NCBI GenBank assembly: GCA_030141605.1 | Contig: JAQGDQ010001360.1 | Location: forward strand, 1 to 44,462 | DNA length: 44,462 bases | Origin: Tubiluchus corallicola | Lineage: Eukaryota; Animalia; Priapulida | Direction: 5' to 3' | In this document: one piece after another, positions 28,389 to 42,346 of the stretch | Position numbering within the stretch: position 1 is the first letter of the stretch | How the letters are laid out: every line of letters starts with the position of its first letter | The notes under the pieces: model-generated | The model's database searches: none | What the model was told of the DNA's origin: nothing | The model's input: only the letters and a program-made list of their open reading frames with translations | Program-made: the position numbers and the translations under genes

Positions 28389-28540
28389 TTCAACAGCGAA
28401 GCAAAACACGTTGACTTCTCCTGGCAATGTTGTGAGGAAATGCTAGATTTATCAATAAGCAAAGACGAAGACGGCGAAGACCACAGATACAAAACATCTG
28501 TTTACCGACCCATTATAAGAATCGGTCTGAATCCGTCGCT
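28389..28540 (+). mobile_element. Penelope-like element RT remnant
   Basis: FNSEAKHVDFSWQCCEEMLDLSISKDEDGEDHRYKTSVYRP resembles the PLE RT C-terminal pattern (LNS....I.FT.E...FLD..I......T.VYRKP). Short and isolated. Confidence 0.45.
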
Positions 28541-29785
28541 TCTTACACGAAACTGTAGAATTATTATATTAGTTCATCTCAGTTTAGGCAAACAGATGAA
28601 GCTAAGTGGAAGCTTCCTGATGGAAGACAAACAATGGCATCGCAAAGCGATTCAGCTCAGATTCAGCAAGGTCACCACCAGAGAGTAGATGAGGAATGAG
28701 GCTCCAACTGCATGGGAGAAATGTGAGAGGAGGCGAGAAATGAAAGTGAAAGAGACATTATTGTCCTGGAGTGCTATTCAGTTAAGATAGACAAGGGCAA
28801 CTGAAAAATACCGCTGGAAGAACCACGTTGAAAACAACGAGTCTGTCATTTCGTGGTGCTAAATTATGGAACGAGTTAGATGAGGATTTAAAAAATGTTT
28901 TAGTCTAAATATTTTTAAAAAAGGGTCAAAAAGAAAATTTTAGCGATATATAGATAACTGATGGGATTTTACGAACACTAAATAATCTAAATATATTTTA
29001 AAATGTGCATTTACTATATTTTAAACATGTTTTTGATATGTGCATAACCTTTTTAACTAGTTAAAATATATTACAAGAACAATTTTTATTAATCACGTTC
29101 ACTAACTTATCTGAGAAGGGACCGTACTTCTCCTCCCTACATTTCATACATTAAATTCAATCGTATATTATTTTAAATTGTGATTTTGTTATCCACTACT
29201 GTCTTAAATATTATTATTTGTTATGTACATTTTATGAATGTATGAAATAAATGATTTAACTTTAATACTAATACTAAGAGTAACTTTAGTTTAAATACGG
29301 GGGAAAATTGTTTTTTTTTCTCATCTTAGAGGACTGGTTCTACGCCATTCCCACCAGAACATTTTATGAAAATTTTAGAGCAGCTTTTCTTACGGAGTAT
29401 GATATCGTCAAGGCAACATGGAAAATATGTTAATAACCAAATTCTCAACATAAATTCAACACAAATTCTAAACACAAACTCAACCACAGCTGCACGAATA
29501 GAAAATGTGCCTTCATATACAAAGTGTTCCAACAAACAAATAATTTTAAAATATAATCATTATTGAAATGCACTACACCAATAGCCATGGTCAATGTCAA
29601 AATTTATGTCATTAAGGAAAGAAAGGGATTTAATTTCAGGGAATTTACTATGCATCATTAAAGGAGAAAAGCCAAGCTATTATTAAAGGTCATTATGAAC
29701 TCATTTTGTGAAAAGAATAATGAGCGAACTCTGCTAACTTGTTGCTGGATAATGAATCCCAGATCTAACTCACGAAACCCGTGCA

Positions 29786-30474
29786 TTAAAACGCAAGAAA
29801 ACCCTCCACTTACATAAAGCAGAAAACATTCGCCTTGAAATTTTATACCATTTACTTACTGTCTTTTTGCATACAGGGCTTGCATCGGCAATAACGCTGT
29901 ATAAAACATGTAAATTTGAACTCCCGCGATGACTGTTAGATGGAGCCATTTTGACGATGAGTCATTTGAAACAAGTTTAGATAACATTGCGTGAAGTTTG
30001 AAAAAATAATCAGAGCATTCGTAGCGCACATCTCACTAACTAAGTAAAATTTTAAATTATTGCAGCTTGTCAATAAGATTAATAATACGTTTTAGGTTAG
30101 TGAGTGGTGCACCTTGGAGGTGAATAGACGACATTTTACCAATTGATGTAAAAACATTGAAAATAATTAATAATTTTCTTTTCCAGTTACATAAGTCTTT
30201 CAAGCAGGTAAGCGAAATGCTAAGTAATATAACTTTGCATAGAAAGTTTTTTGGGACATAGTTTGACATTCTCTTTTCTTCCCCTGATTTACGTTGTGCA
30301 TGTATGACGTCATGTAATGGCGACTTCGGAACAGTATTGCGGAAGAATTAAAATGAAAACAATAAATTCTTTCAACACGAATACGATACACACATAAAAT
30401 CGCTGTGGAATAATAGAATTTTAAGGCGATTTTTCTAAAACCTACTTTAGGTACCCCTTTTCTTGTCCTTTTAA
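29786..30474. mobile_element. TTAA-type MITE, family C copy 2
   Basis: Termini TTAA-AACGCAAGAAAA ... TTTTCTTGTCCTT-TTAA; homologous to 9688-10263. Confidence 0.68.
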
Positions 30475-31202
30475 GTACTGGATAAAAACGCCACGATTGT
30501 TTACGCACGACTGCGCAATTTTTAAAGTTTTACCTAAATAATTCAATTCAATTCAATTTAATGGTTAAACGCACATTAGATTATGCAATACTTATATTTA
30601 CAAAATAATAAAGGTTGCTCACATATAAGTATTAAGTGTGCTGATAAAACACCGGTTTTACTGAACTGAAATTAATACAGTAGATGCTTAGGATAAAAAT
30701 CTATAAAATGGATGGTATTATCTAAGGTGAATTTTATTTAATTCCCTGGTGTTCTTGAACCCAAAGTGTGTCAAAAGAAAATCTGGTAACTTATTTTCAT
30801 TATATAACCCTTTGCTTTTCAGCATTTTTGTAGAACAGAGTTATTAGTGGATAATAATTTATGAATCGGTAAAAACGTGGACAAAGCAAATTTAATGTAA
30901 ATCATGAATTGAAAATTAAATACTGTAACAAAATTACAATTAATAAATGCAGGCAATTTCTCAAACATTTTCAAACTAATTAACGATCCATTAATTATTC
31001 ACATCAAGAAAGCTACTCTAGAATTGATCGCGGAAGAGATCACTTGTTCTGCGCGCAACAATATTCATTTCAGATGTGTTTTCAGGATTATTTACCGAAA
31101 GTTGAAGTGAAGACTGCAGTAAGTCAGTTAATCAGTCAACTCCATCATCATGTAATCTAATGCTGGACAGAAAACTAACTACTATTGCTGCTGCTGCTGC
31201 TT

Positions 31203-31525
<323 letters not shown>

Positions 31526-32334
31526 TGCTATAGTCTAAACTGGACAGTTTCACATTAAGTCAAGTAACTGTCACACCACAAATAAACAGTGTGCTAGTGT
31601 AATTTTACAAGATTATATTTAATACCATACGAGCCGTAATCTTATTTGTTCAAGTCACATAAATCAGAATCAACTGCGGCAAATTGTGGGCAAATTTTCA
31701 TAATAATGGCGATTATTATTTCCTACAATCAGCCTCGCACCCCAATTGTACAACTGAAGACACCCTTCATTTTGTACATAAGCCTTTTCTGCCCTATGAT
31801 AGCATTATGTTATATATAATAAACTGTTAGGATACCTTTGATTCATCAAAGTGGTGTTACTTGGAAAAAATGAGATTTTTGCACCTAACGCTTTCACTGT
31901 TGAGACAAGAAACGAATATTTGAAAGTTTCCGAAAAATTTTCACAGTTTCTTGAGACAAGCAATCAGTATACTATTCCAAAATTTTCTTTGATGAAAGCT
32001 CTTTCGATTTTGCGATAATCAAGTTATGTAAATGACTAACATCCTTCTGTTCCTTCATTAGACTGCGCTTTCTGTCACGTTTCTCATTTTTCATTGTCTA
32101 CACACAGGATCAAGTGTAGTTCTATTACAGTCAATTGAACGTTGAGCTCAAAATAGCTAATATGCACTTTTAAAAACACTTTTGAAATATTTCTTCGTCG
32201 TTGAGTGATTTTGCAAAACTGCCATTGACTCGTTAATAAAATCGTTGCAAACAAATTCATAACTTTTACAACAATTATGTAAATTGTAGCAAATTTTTTT
32301 TACCAATTGTGCACTTGTTGTTTAGGAAGGAGTT

Positions 32335-32465
32335 TAACTCTAACCCTAATCCTAATGTTAACCTTAATCCTAACCCTAACCCTACCTGTAATGCTAACTC
32401 CAACCCAAACCCTAACCCTACCTCTAATGCTAACTCCAACTCAAACCCCAACCAGAACCCTAACT
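32335..32465. repeat. Degenerate (CCCTAA)n interstitial telomere-like hexamer tract
   Basis: taaccc/taatcc/taactc/caaccc units with 6-bp periodicity. Confidence 0.8.
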
Positions 32466-32929
32466 GTAATCCGCTTCACGAACTAATGTGTGTGTCTGGG
32501 GAATTATAAACTTTAGCCGCTGTTTATATTATTCATCAGATCTAATGTTAACGAGTTATTTGAACTTAAACGAAGTAGAGTTTTTTATACGATTGCAATT
32601 AGGTTTCGTATTTTGTCAATTACAAAAATTGAACTAAACTGTCAGCTGGGTCTCTTTGATGTATCAACACCACGCGAAATGAATAAAATGTTTATCTTAA
32701 ATATAAAATGAGTTTGTTTTGGATGTGTTCTGACGTCATCCTATTTAGAAATCATTTGTTCCGAAACGTTTCGTGAAGTCAGCAATGTAAACGTTTTCGT
32801 AAACCATTTCTTGCATGCAGCTGTTGAGAACACAAATGACCGAATGAACAATTTGACATTTGAGGTTATGTGTGCTCAGCTGTTATGATTGCCCGGGTAG
32901 GAGAGGGGCTGAACTTACAGGTTGTGGGT

Positions 32930-33805
32930 GCTGGGGTTGTACGTGATTGAAGGTGAGGTTACAGGTTCTGTTGTGGGTGCTGGTTACATGTTCTAAGGTT
33001 GTGGGTGCTGAAGTTACAGGCTCGGAGCTTTTGGGTGCTGAAGTTACAGGCTCGAAGGTTGTGGGTGCTGAGATTACAGGCTCGAAGGTTGTGGGTGATG
33101 AAGTTACAGGCTCGGAGGTTGTGGGTGCTGTGGTTACAACCTCGGAGGTTGTGGGTGCTGTGGTTACAGGCTCGGAGGTTGTGGGTGTTGAAGTTACAGG
33201 CTCGGGTGTTGTGAGTGCTGAGGTTACAGGCTCGGAGGCTGTGGGTGCTGAAGTTACAGATTCTGAGGTTATGGGTGCTGAGGTTACTAGTGCTGAGGTT
33301 ACTGGTGCTGAGGCTACTAGTGTTGAGGTTACTAGTGCTGAGGTTACTGGTGCTGAGGTTACTAGTGCTGAGGTTACTGGTGCTGAGGTTACTAGTGCTG
33401 AGGTTACTGGTGCTGAGGTTACTAGTGCTGCGGTTACTGGTGCTGAGGTTACTAGTGCTGAGGTTACTGGTGCTGAGGTTACTAGTGCTGCGGTTACTGG
33501 TGCTGAGGTTACTAGTGCTGAGGTTACTGGTGCTGAGGTTACTAGTGCTGAGGTTACTGGTGCTGAGGTTACTAGTGCTGAGGTTACTGGTGCTGAGGTT
33601 ACTAGTGCTGAGGTTACTGGTGCTGAGGTTACTAGTGCTGCGGTTACTGGTGCTGAGGTTACTAGTGCTGAGGTTACTGGTGCTGAGGTTACTAGTGCTG
33701 AGGTTACTAGTGCTGAGGTTACTGGTGCTGAGGTTACTAGTGCTGAGGTTACTGGTGCTGAGGTTACTAGTGCTGAGGTTACTGGTGCTGAGGTTACCAG
33801 TGCTC
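32930..33805. repeat. 15-bp minisatellite with 30-bp higher-order structure
   Basis: Left part: diverged 30-mers (GAGGTTGTGGGTGCT-GAAGTTACAGGCTCG). Right part: homogeneous alternating GTGCTGAGGTTACTA / GTGCTGAGGTTACTG. Confidence 0.95.
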
Positions 33806-34544
33806 TTTATAGAAATGAATCTTTAGATTAAAGGGAAAAATTCTAATTACATGATTGTGATCTTGCCGAAAACATCAGGTTGTTATTTTTTACTTCTAAC
33901 TGCCATGCTTCTGGTTGGCCGAGATCTGGTTGTTACATGGTATTAGGCAAGGTCACGTGACATCTAATTACGTCTTAAATACAACACGAAGAAATAAACG
34001 AGTTGAGATAGTATAGAAGTCACAGAAATGTAATTGGGTTTATTTGTGCTGTAATCAAGCGTAAAGACAACAATTTTAGACTTGGCTCAAAATTGTTCAG
34101 TCGACAATTGAACCTGCTGGCCCATTGCTACTGCTGAATGCGATCATTTTCTTGTTGTCTCATCAGACAGAATTTGTAAAAGGAAATGTCATTGCTAAGC
34201 TTGTAAGAGTTTTAGAATCTTGGCGAAGACAGAAAGCTGCAGAATAAGACTGGGTTTTTTGAGAAGAAAGTTAGAATGACAGTTAGAAAAAATACGTTTC
34301 AGCGCAGCAAAAACTGGTGAATTTGTTTTGCGATGCCTTCATTTTATTCACGTATATTGAGGATCTCATATCACATAATTTCTCTTGCCCTCTATTTCTT
34401 CATGTAGGTAAAGTATTCTGATTTGCGCTGCATGTATACCACATAAATCATTTTTTATTTTTATACATGATTCCCTGGCATCTCATTGCTCTTCGTTCTC
34501 ATTCGTTGAACGCAGTTACTTAAGTTAAGATGCAAGATTACTGT

Positions 34545-35420
34545 TTATTGTTTTATTGTTTATTTATTCCAAAAACCAAGTACAATTGAATAATATCTTA
34601 CACAAAAATGCCCAATATTGAAATAGCATAAGAATAATAGATAACAAATACCGTAACAGTTAATGCAGTGCAGTCAATTATCGACTCAAATTCGGAAGGT
34701 GAACTTGTAAGATGTGAGCCGAACAGGTAATATGGAATAACAGAAGTGCAGGAGGTGCCAGGTAAAAGGAAAGAAAGCCCGAAACGTAGTGAGTGTGAAG
34801 ATGTGGTGAGAGAGATGATTAAACAGTGGAGAATGACAAGATTTAGGTATTAGATTCACTTTAAAATTTTAATAATATTAACAAGCTACAGCTGCCAATA
34901 GGGTAATGTGCAAAGAGGCGGCAACTGGGCACACTCAAATTTCTCAATGTTGTCAGGCAGATGATTCCAAATTAGAGGCGCGTAGAATGCCTAGCAACAT
35001 AAGTACGAACATAATTTAAACAAAAATGGTTGTAACGTGTATTATAATCCTTCACATTCAATTTTAGCAGATTCTTAAAAAATCCGGGAGCAATTTATAA
35101 CTAGTTATATACAGAAAGATCGCTATATTGCAAAGTACTGTGTTATCAATAGAAAAAATTTTGCACTGCATAAATCAGGATTCATTTACGTTATAAATTA
35201 GTTCTAAAATCTAAAAAGTATACGCAGAAATTTTCTTTGGAGGACCCTAAGGGATTTCAATTGGTTATATAAGTTATACCCCAAAGACAACTAATATAAT
35301 TTAGATAATGGAAGATTAAAGAATAATAAAATGTACGTAAATGGGACGCAGATAAAGAATGCCTTACACGAGAGATTACTGCTATATATTTCTAGCAATT
35401 TTAAAACAAACAATTTTAAT
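34545..35420 (-). mobile_element. Degraded CR1/L2/Crack-group LINE 3' fragment
   Basis: Minus-strand decayed translation RVRHSLSASHLRTFYYSLIFHYLNYISCLWGITY...; YNTR...RT...; APLIWNHLPDNI, typical post-RT motifs. Ends in AATAAA and an A-rich tail near 34545-34570. Many stops and frameshifts. Confidence 0.7.
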
Positions 35421-36424
35421 ACGAAAATTCCAATCAAGGTGCTCAAGGTGAAGGATTACGCCGAGAAATTTAGTTGATCAACCACAAAGCAACGAAGCAC
35501 AGGGTCACTCGCTTGCTCTTAAATCAAATAAAAAGAAATAAGTTTTAGAATATTGAAAATTAAATATTAAGGAGCAGTGGCACGTTTGAATTCTTTTGTG
35601 ATAAATTTCGTTTACTTATTGATCTATTAGCCAAGCTACTGTCCTTTTTGAATATATCAAAAAAAAAACATTTAAAATTATAATCCTCTAGTATTATACA
35701 GAAATATATTCGAAAAATTCAAAATTGGTCCCCCATCTTGCTTTATTATCCATAGTTTATTACAGCAGTTCATTAAATCAACCGTTCGCTTCACGGTACA
35801 ATAGAATTTAATGTTAAATGATTAATCAGCCAACTTACTTTGTAAATGTATTTTTATTATTACTGTTGTTGTTAAAATATTGCGTTTATATAGATCATGT
35901 ATGTAAGTTTAATCATCATCTGCTGATTGTAGTTGAATCAAATGTTTATTGAATCGAGTTTGATAATTATTAGTTGTGATGCCCATTTTTCTTTTATTAG
36001 CACTTTGCACTCAGCACTTGCACCGTGGAGATACCTGTATCAGACGCAGTCTGTTTTGTAAATCCACCATAAACAAATAAAGTTTAAACTAAACTAACTA
36101 GAAAACTTTTTACATGAACGACAACTACAACATTACTGCAAAACAGACCTCTTTATAGGTTACTTCACAAGTGAGCGTGACAAGTTCGATTTAGCGTGCC
36201 GTGAAAATCCAAAACCATATTACATGAACAAGAATAACAGCAACAATATGACGGCGGAACAGACCACTTTATAAGTTACTTCGGAAGCGAGTAACCAGAA
36301 ATTAAGTTTACTCACGTTCCAACCGAATCTGCCATCAGACATTCATTTATGCCTATGATACACCGTCCAGCGTCTGGTTGCCATTGTCCGGCGTCTGAAA
36401 AACGTAATTAAAATATTATGCAAT

Positions 36425-36970
36425 TTGAAGGAAAGAACAAGTTACTCAGTATGTTGGGTTTATTTTATTGTTATTACTTAAACTTAGAAAAATATAGCAG
36501 AAATTTGCTAAAAACTGTCTATAAAGCATAAACTTAAAATTTACTACCTCTGATAGATATTTTCAGGTGTGGTGGTTGCCGCCATTCACTTGAAAATTGT
36601 GACGTAACTGGGAGACTTCGTAACTTTTCGCAAGCGCATCGTGGTATTCCGTAAGCGCGTGCTGCTTAAACTATTTGAAACTACTGCACTAGGATTCACG
36701 CAAATATATTACAAAATTAGCTATCCAATTTTTTTGTACCAACTTATTATACTTTGACGAAGATTGACAGTGCGCAGGACGAATGACGTCATTGGGAGAA
36801 AAAAGGGCTTTTAAAATGGAAGCGTCCAAGCATGAAGTGACAACGTCTTTAAAGTGATTTACATACATCACACGAGGCGTTTATTGCAGTTTTGACACTA
36901 AAGCCTTCTAAGATTTATCGCGAACATTCAAATAAGGCTAACTTTCCAGAAGATTTGGCTTTTCCTTTAA
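36425..36970. mobile_element. Kolobok/T2-like MITE, family B copy 2 (longest)
   Basis: Termini ttgaAGGAAAGAACAAG ... TTGGCTTTTCCT-TTAA; contains both internal segments, each of which is missing from one of the other two copies. Confidence 0.8.
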
Positions 36971-38899
36971 GGGTTTGTGAAGAAAACAAAATTAATCTGT
37001 TAGAAATTTCAATTAAGATTCTATTTTTCAAACTTTTGCCAATGATTGTAGCATATTGTCTCATAATCATATGCCTCAATATCAAATTCTTTAACAATTT
37101 CGCTTCTTCAGAACCTCATTAGTTTAGTTTAAATTTTTAATCAGAACATTTACATACAGTTACAGATATAGATAATCCAATAAAAATTCTAGAGAATCTT
37201 CACGCACTCAATTAAGTTGCTTAATCTTGATTTTCTGATGTGATGTACAGGATGAAATCGTTTTTTATAAAATTAACAAAAGGTACTAACAGAATTTCAC
37301 CTTATTTCACGTATGCCTGATGAATATCATAATTATTATTTAAAACACTAATAAATTCGCTTCTTTTTTCTGTATCAACTAACTGACAATCAAATAATAC
37401 AGTCTGCCTTTCTCAGTAAAATTAATAAGTTGTGACCGGACTTCCATAACATGCCAAACTAAAACGAATTTATATTTCTTTTAGGATCTAATGATACCGA
37501 AATTGTAGTTTTTGTTTGTAAATTTGTATTCGACTGCTTTAACAGTAGAACTATAAGTTAAAGTACACATAGTTTGTGTCTTTTTTATACAAAATAATAT
37601 ATTTATAATTATTTACTAACATAAGAAATACCTATTATCTATCAACAACAGCAATTGCTTATAGTTAAATTAAATGTTTATGTCATCAGAATCTATTTTA
37701 AATTTGTAATATGTTGTAGTCGTTTATTTTAACATACTAATTTCTATTTTTTTTCGTTTTTGTTATGGCCAACTATACATCTCATCAGATATTGTTATGT
37801 TTTTTTGCATGCCAATAAATCGCTCTAAATACCTCTAATAGGCGATTAGGCGCCTGAAATGCGTCACTACATGAACAAGTTGGTGCAAGTCAACGACCGA
37901 TACAACTAAAAAAAATAGTTAAAAATTACCCTGGCCTAATAAAAAACTGCAACACAGTGACTCTAATTGTCTGTTTTGCCAGTCGGCATTGCGGGTCAAA
38001 AATAGTTCGCAATGATTACTGAGGCGCTACATCATTCCCTGCTACCCTTGTGTCTTCATTTTCTAAGGATTTACCACTGACCATAACATGTGCGCCCCTC
38101 CTCTCTCACACACAGTTACGCCCGCTACACGTAAGAGTTAGGTGTACCGATAAGAAAGCGAAATTGAATTGAAACTGCTGTAATGTGCAAGCTCGTGACT
38201 CTTGATGAAATCAATTTTCGGTTGCAAATCAAGGAAGACAATTTCCGCTGCAACAAATCGAAACGGCTTTTCTGTTTTGTTTTTCGCTTCATGACAGATG
38301 GACAGTAACCCTTTGAAGTAAACCACGGAGGAATGGCTGCTCTTTCACCATCATCCGAACAATTCACTTACTTTGATCACTAATAGCACTTAGAACAAAT
38401 GCCAAGGGTCGAACAGTCTTCTGTGAATTTGAATATACTATTAAAAGTCTTGAAATTATCGCTCATTAAGCGCACATAAAAGTCTTGCTTGAAATTGCGG
38501 AAGAAATTTATAAATTTATGCTCATTCTTATCTCCCACCAAACGAATTTATATTTAGAAATTAGAGATAAACTGGCCGAGTTTGCTGTTTTTCTTTAGCG
38601 CTCTTCGCTAAAACTGTAAACTTCTGCATCTTAGTCTGAAATTCACAAATCCAGCTAAGCTAAACTTCTAACAACGCAGGTGGCGTCATGACGTCACCAT
38701 GGAAACAAGATAAGATAATGTGATAATAATCGGGTTTCATAAATTCTCACCATTATAATTATTGATGACATTGGCAAACAGAATTACAAAGTAAAAGAAA
38801 TCTACCTGAAATCAAGACAGGTAAACACAGCTATACTAGACATTGCCATGCCAGTATAAAATGGAGTTGTGCACCGCATCCGGCAACCGGATGTGCGCA

Positions 38900-39130
38900 A
38901 TGCGTAAAGGAGTGATTTACTGTTTTTACGGCAATAGTTCACTGGCATTCATGGTTTTTTCAAGAATCGTTTTAGTTCTGCACTTATCGTGACGCCAGGT
39001 ACAAAGTTATCACGATTTTAAAGTCATTTTCTAATTACATAAGGTACTTATCGCACTTTTATCGCTGAAATTTTCTAACACATTCTTCGCGAACATTAAA
39101 ATAAGCCCCAAACCTTGACTTCTCCTTTAA
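38900..39130. mobile_element. Right end of a family-B-related TTAA MITE (left boundary uncertain)
   Basis: ttctaacacattcttcgcgaacattaaaataagcc...cttgacttctccTTTAA resembles the family B right end. Confidence 0.5.
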
Positions 39131-39530
39131 TCTAGGGCAAGATCAAGCAGGATACAGGATCCACAAATACAAATTCTCAATGGCCAGTTGATTTTCTGCC
39201 GTTAATGACAAGTAATTAGGACTTTTCCGACCTAACATAAAAGCTTCATCAGTGCACGTCTGGCAATTACATTCAAGATGTAGCTGGAATAATTATTTTC
39301 TTCTGAAACCGCCAATTATGCATTGGAAGGCTAATGCAGCATCATAAAGGAAAAATCCTTTGCACATGTAGGTAACAACTCTGTTGACTATCAAAAACAC
39401 AACCCCAGTTGTCGTCAGCATCTTAACCATCATCGTCATCATCATCTGTATTAATGTTTTGTATATATTTCTGTCGTTACTAATTATATATATCTACTTA
39501 CCTGCGTATTGTGTATTGCACTAATTCGCG

Positions 39531-39533
39531 AAA

Positions 39534-39620
<87 letters not shown>

Positions 39621-39665
39621 ATGTATATATTCTGTGTGTGTGTGTGTGCGTGCGTGCGTGCGTAT
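39531..39665. repeat. (AAAT)n followed by (TG)n/(TGCG)n
   Basis: Directly visible. Confidence 0.96.
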
Positions 39666-40066
39666 ATATATGTGTATATATGCATATGTATATGGTGATG
39701 ATCTACCCGTATGCATATATGTGACATTATCATCACCATCCTCATTACAACCATCAACAGTTTTTCGTAGTCAGTGACAGTATTATCAATGTAATTGCCA
39801 TCATGCCATCGCCATCACCAGAATCATCTCTATCAAGATCGTCACCAAAATTGTTATATCGTTCCAAACATCATCATCATCATTATCATCATCGCCATTA
39901 TCATAATAATCTCATGCAGCACAGCTCTCTTAGAGGAACAACTTCATAATTCTAGTAAACTGAATAACATTTTGAAGTATTCTAGCAAAAACTTCGTGTA
40001 TTTGAGCATCAAAATACTGCGTCGTCATCGCTGCCATCTTTGGCGTCGACGCCACTTTCATTAGTG

Positions 40067-40080
40067 TCATCATCATCATC

Positions 40081-40130
<50 letters not shown>
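40067..40130. repeat. (CAT)n microsatellite
   Basis: Directly visible. Confidence 0.96.
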
Positions 40131-40685
40131 GGCGAGGTCGTTTTCGCAATCACCACCGTCAGTATCATCTGAATCATGAAAATTAGAAAATCATTCATCC
40201 AACATATAATTTGAGAACTAAAAGGAGTTGCATGAGATCAAGTTTGTGCAACTTGCTGTTTAGGAGAAACCGCTTTATAGAAAATGGGCGGCCGAGGATG
40301 GTCAGAATCTTTGCTTCTTTGTGATTTTTATGGCTACGAAAGAAGAAAAAGTGGAGAGTCGTAGACTGAATTCCTAAATTTTACAGTAGGTCGAAAAACG
40401 CCTAAACTTTGCTTCTAATTAAAATAAGTATAATTATGTGAAATTAAATCTATTTTCTACATGTTCGTGTTGTATGTATACCTGAGAAAAGAATTAGGAA
40501 AACTGGATTAACGTATGCACATAATTATTGCGGTTTAAAACATGGTATTTATAAAGAACAAATGAGAATCCTATCAATTAGTAAATTACATTAGTGCACC
40601 AAGAAACTGATTGCGTGTTCAGTTATTATAGGTGTGAAAGCGTAACAAGACCTGTTTGTTAGGCAGGTCTAGGCAAGCAGGTTGT

Positions 40686-41233
40686 ATAAGAAAAACCGGA
40701 CAATTGTGTAAACATTAGTTCAGAATAAAAAATGCTCTAAAATATTGAAAACTACAATAGTTTTTTTTAAAATCAAAGCCTAGATTAAATAATAATTACT
40801 TCGGATACTGAAATTTTGTTAAACTTTCAAAGCGACTCAGTGAATCTACTAAGATTGGCCACGGCGCCTTTTTGTCACATGCGCGTGGCCGATAAATAGA
40901 AGGCGGTACCGTGATAACCATGATCATGAACTGCAGTGTTAGTTTCTGACGTCATATAACGTAGAGCCCATTTTCGTGACATCACGCGTTTAAGCAATTA
41001 CACTTATGCAAATGTGCTTGACTCTCAAGGGAAGATGCCTGTCATTGCACAAACTGTAGCTAATTTCTGACGTAAGCAATAGCTGTGTTCGGTTGCCGTT
41101 AATTAACTTTCCAAGCTAATTATTCAAATACATGTATAAGAAACAATGGCTAACCTTTATAAGCAAAAATGTATGTTTTGGACAGTAAATTAAAATGAGA
41201 TTGAGTCTAAACAAAAGCCCGGTTTTTCTTCAA
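40686..41233. mobile_element. Kolobok/T2-like MITE, family A copy 2 (decayed termini)
   Basis: Shares blocks such as aaaactacaatagttttttt-aaatcaaagc, aaattttgttaaactttcaaagc and caagctaattattcaaat with 14504-15060. Confidence 0.72.
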
Positions 41234-41581
41234 AGAATAAAGACGCGTTTGCTTCGAAAAATAAGCAATACTGGTATATTTCTGGACACTACTACATCTT
41301 AACAACGGACTTTAGTAATGCAGCAAATTACTTAGGTGTGTTACATAGGCCGTTTGGGTCTGAAAGTCGATGCTATTGTAACAGTGTTGATTGTGGATAA
41401 AGCTTATCCAAAAAGCCTCTATTTTGTAAATATTTCTTATGAGGTCAGTTTAAGGTGTTGCGTAGATTGTCAATATACGATAGACGATTTTTTTGGTCAT
41501 CGTTTCGTGATTGATAATTTATTTATTTTTTATTATTTGTTGATTTAGCTCGTGTGCCATGTTTATCTTGCTTTGCGATTG

Positions 41582-42020
41582 TTAAAGGAAAGAGCAAGTC
41601 ACTCAATATTTTGGGTTTATTTTACTGTTATCATTTCAACATAAAATTATAACAAAGAAATAATCAAACAACTGCCTATAAAGCGTAAATTTAAAATATA
41701 CTGACTCTGAATAGAAATTTTAATTAAATTCAAACTTCTGCAGTTTACCTGATGTTCACGCAAAAACATTACAAAACTAGCTATCTACTGTATATATTGT
41801 TATATTTTTGATGGAGATTGACAGTGCGCTACTTTTCTTCAAGACGAATGACGTCATTGGAAGAAGAATGGCCATGACAAATGGGAGCACCCGAGCATGA
41901 AGTGATGGCGACTTTAAAGTAATTTTACTAGTTACACGAGACGCTTATGGCAGCTGATTACATTTTTCGCGAACATTGAAATAAGCCAAACGACTCAGGA
42001 AGGCTTGGCCATTGCTTTAA
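41582..42020. mobile_element. Kolobok/T2-like MITE, family B copy 3 (different internal deletion)
   Basis: Termini TTAA-AGGAAAGAGCAAG ... CTTGGCCATTGCT-TTAA; homology to the other two B copies. Confidence 0.78.
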
Positions 42021-42346
42021 AGTAGTTAGAATACAGTTCTTTTCAGGCCTATGTACAGATCACATTCTATGCATAGGCTGGCTGAGTGACTCCCATCTAT
42101 TAGTGTGAGAATGTATTCACTATTGTCTATTACTAGTTATTCATTCATTATTCAATAAAGCAGATGACGGTTGGTAACATTAAATTGCTCAAGTTTACGG
42201 CCAATTAAATGAATTTCACAGATTCAAGTGAATATTATTTGCATTGATTAGCAACTTGAATTTCACTCGAATCTGCCCACATCTCATTAAATAAAGATTA
42301 ATTGTAGCAAGAAACGAAACTCATCTGTTTTATGCCGGTGTTACAG

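Noticed and set aside
32947-33831. 294-aa + strand ORF (VTSAE repeats) as a standalone gene
   Set aside because: TTG start, coincides entirely with a minisatellite, has no unique domain, and a frameshifted relative exists at 16.6-17.0 kb.
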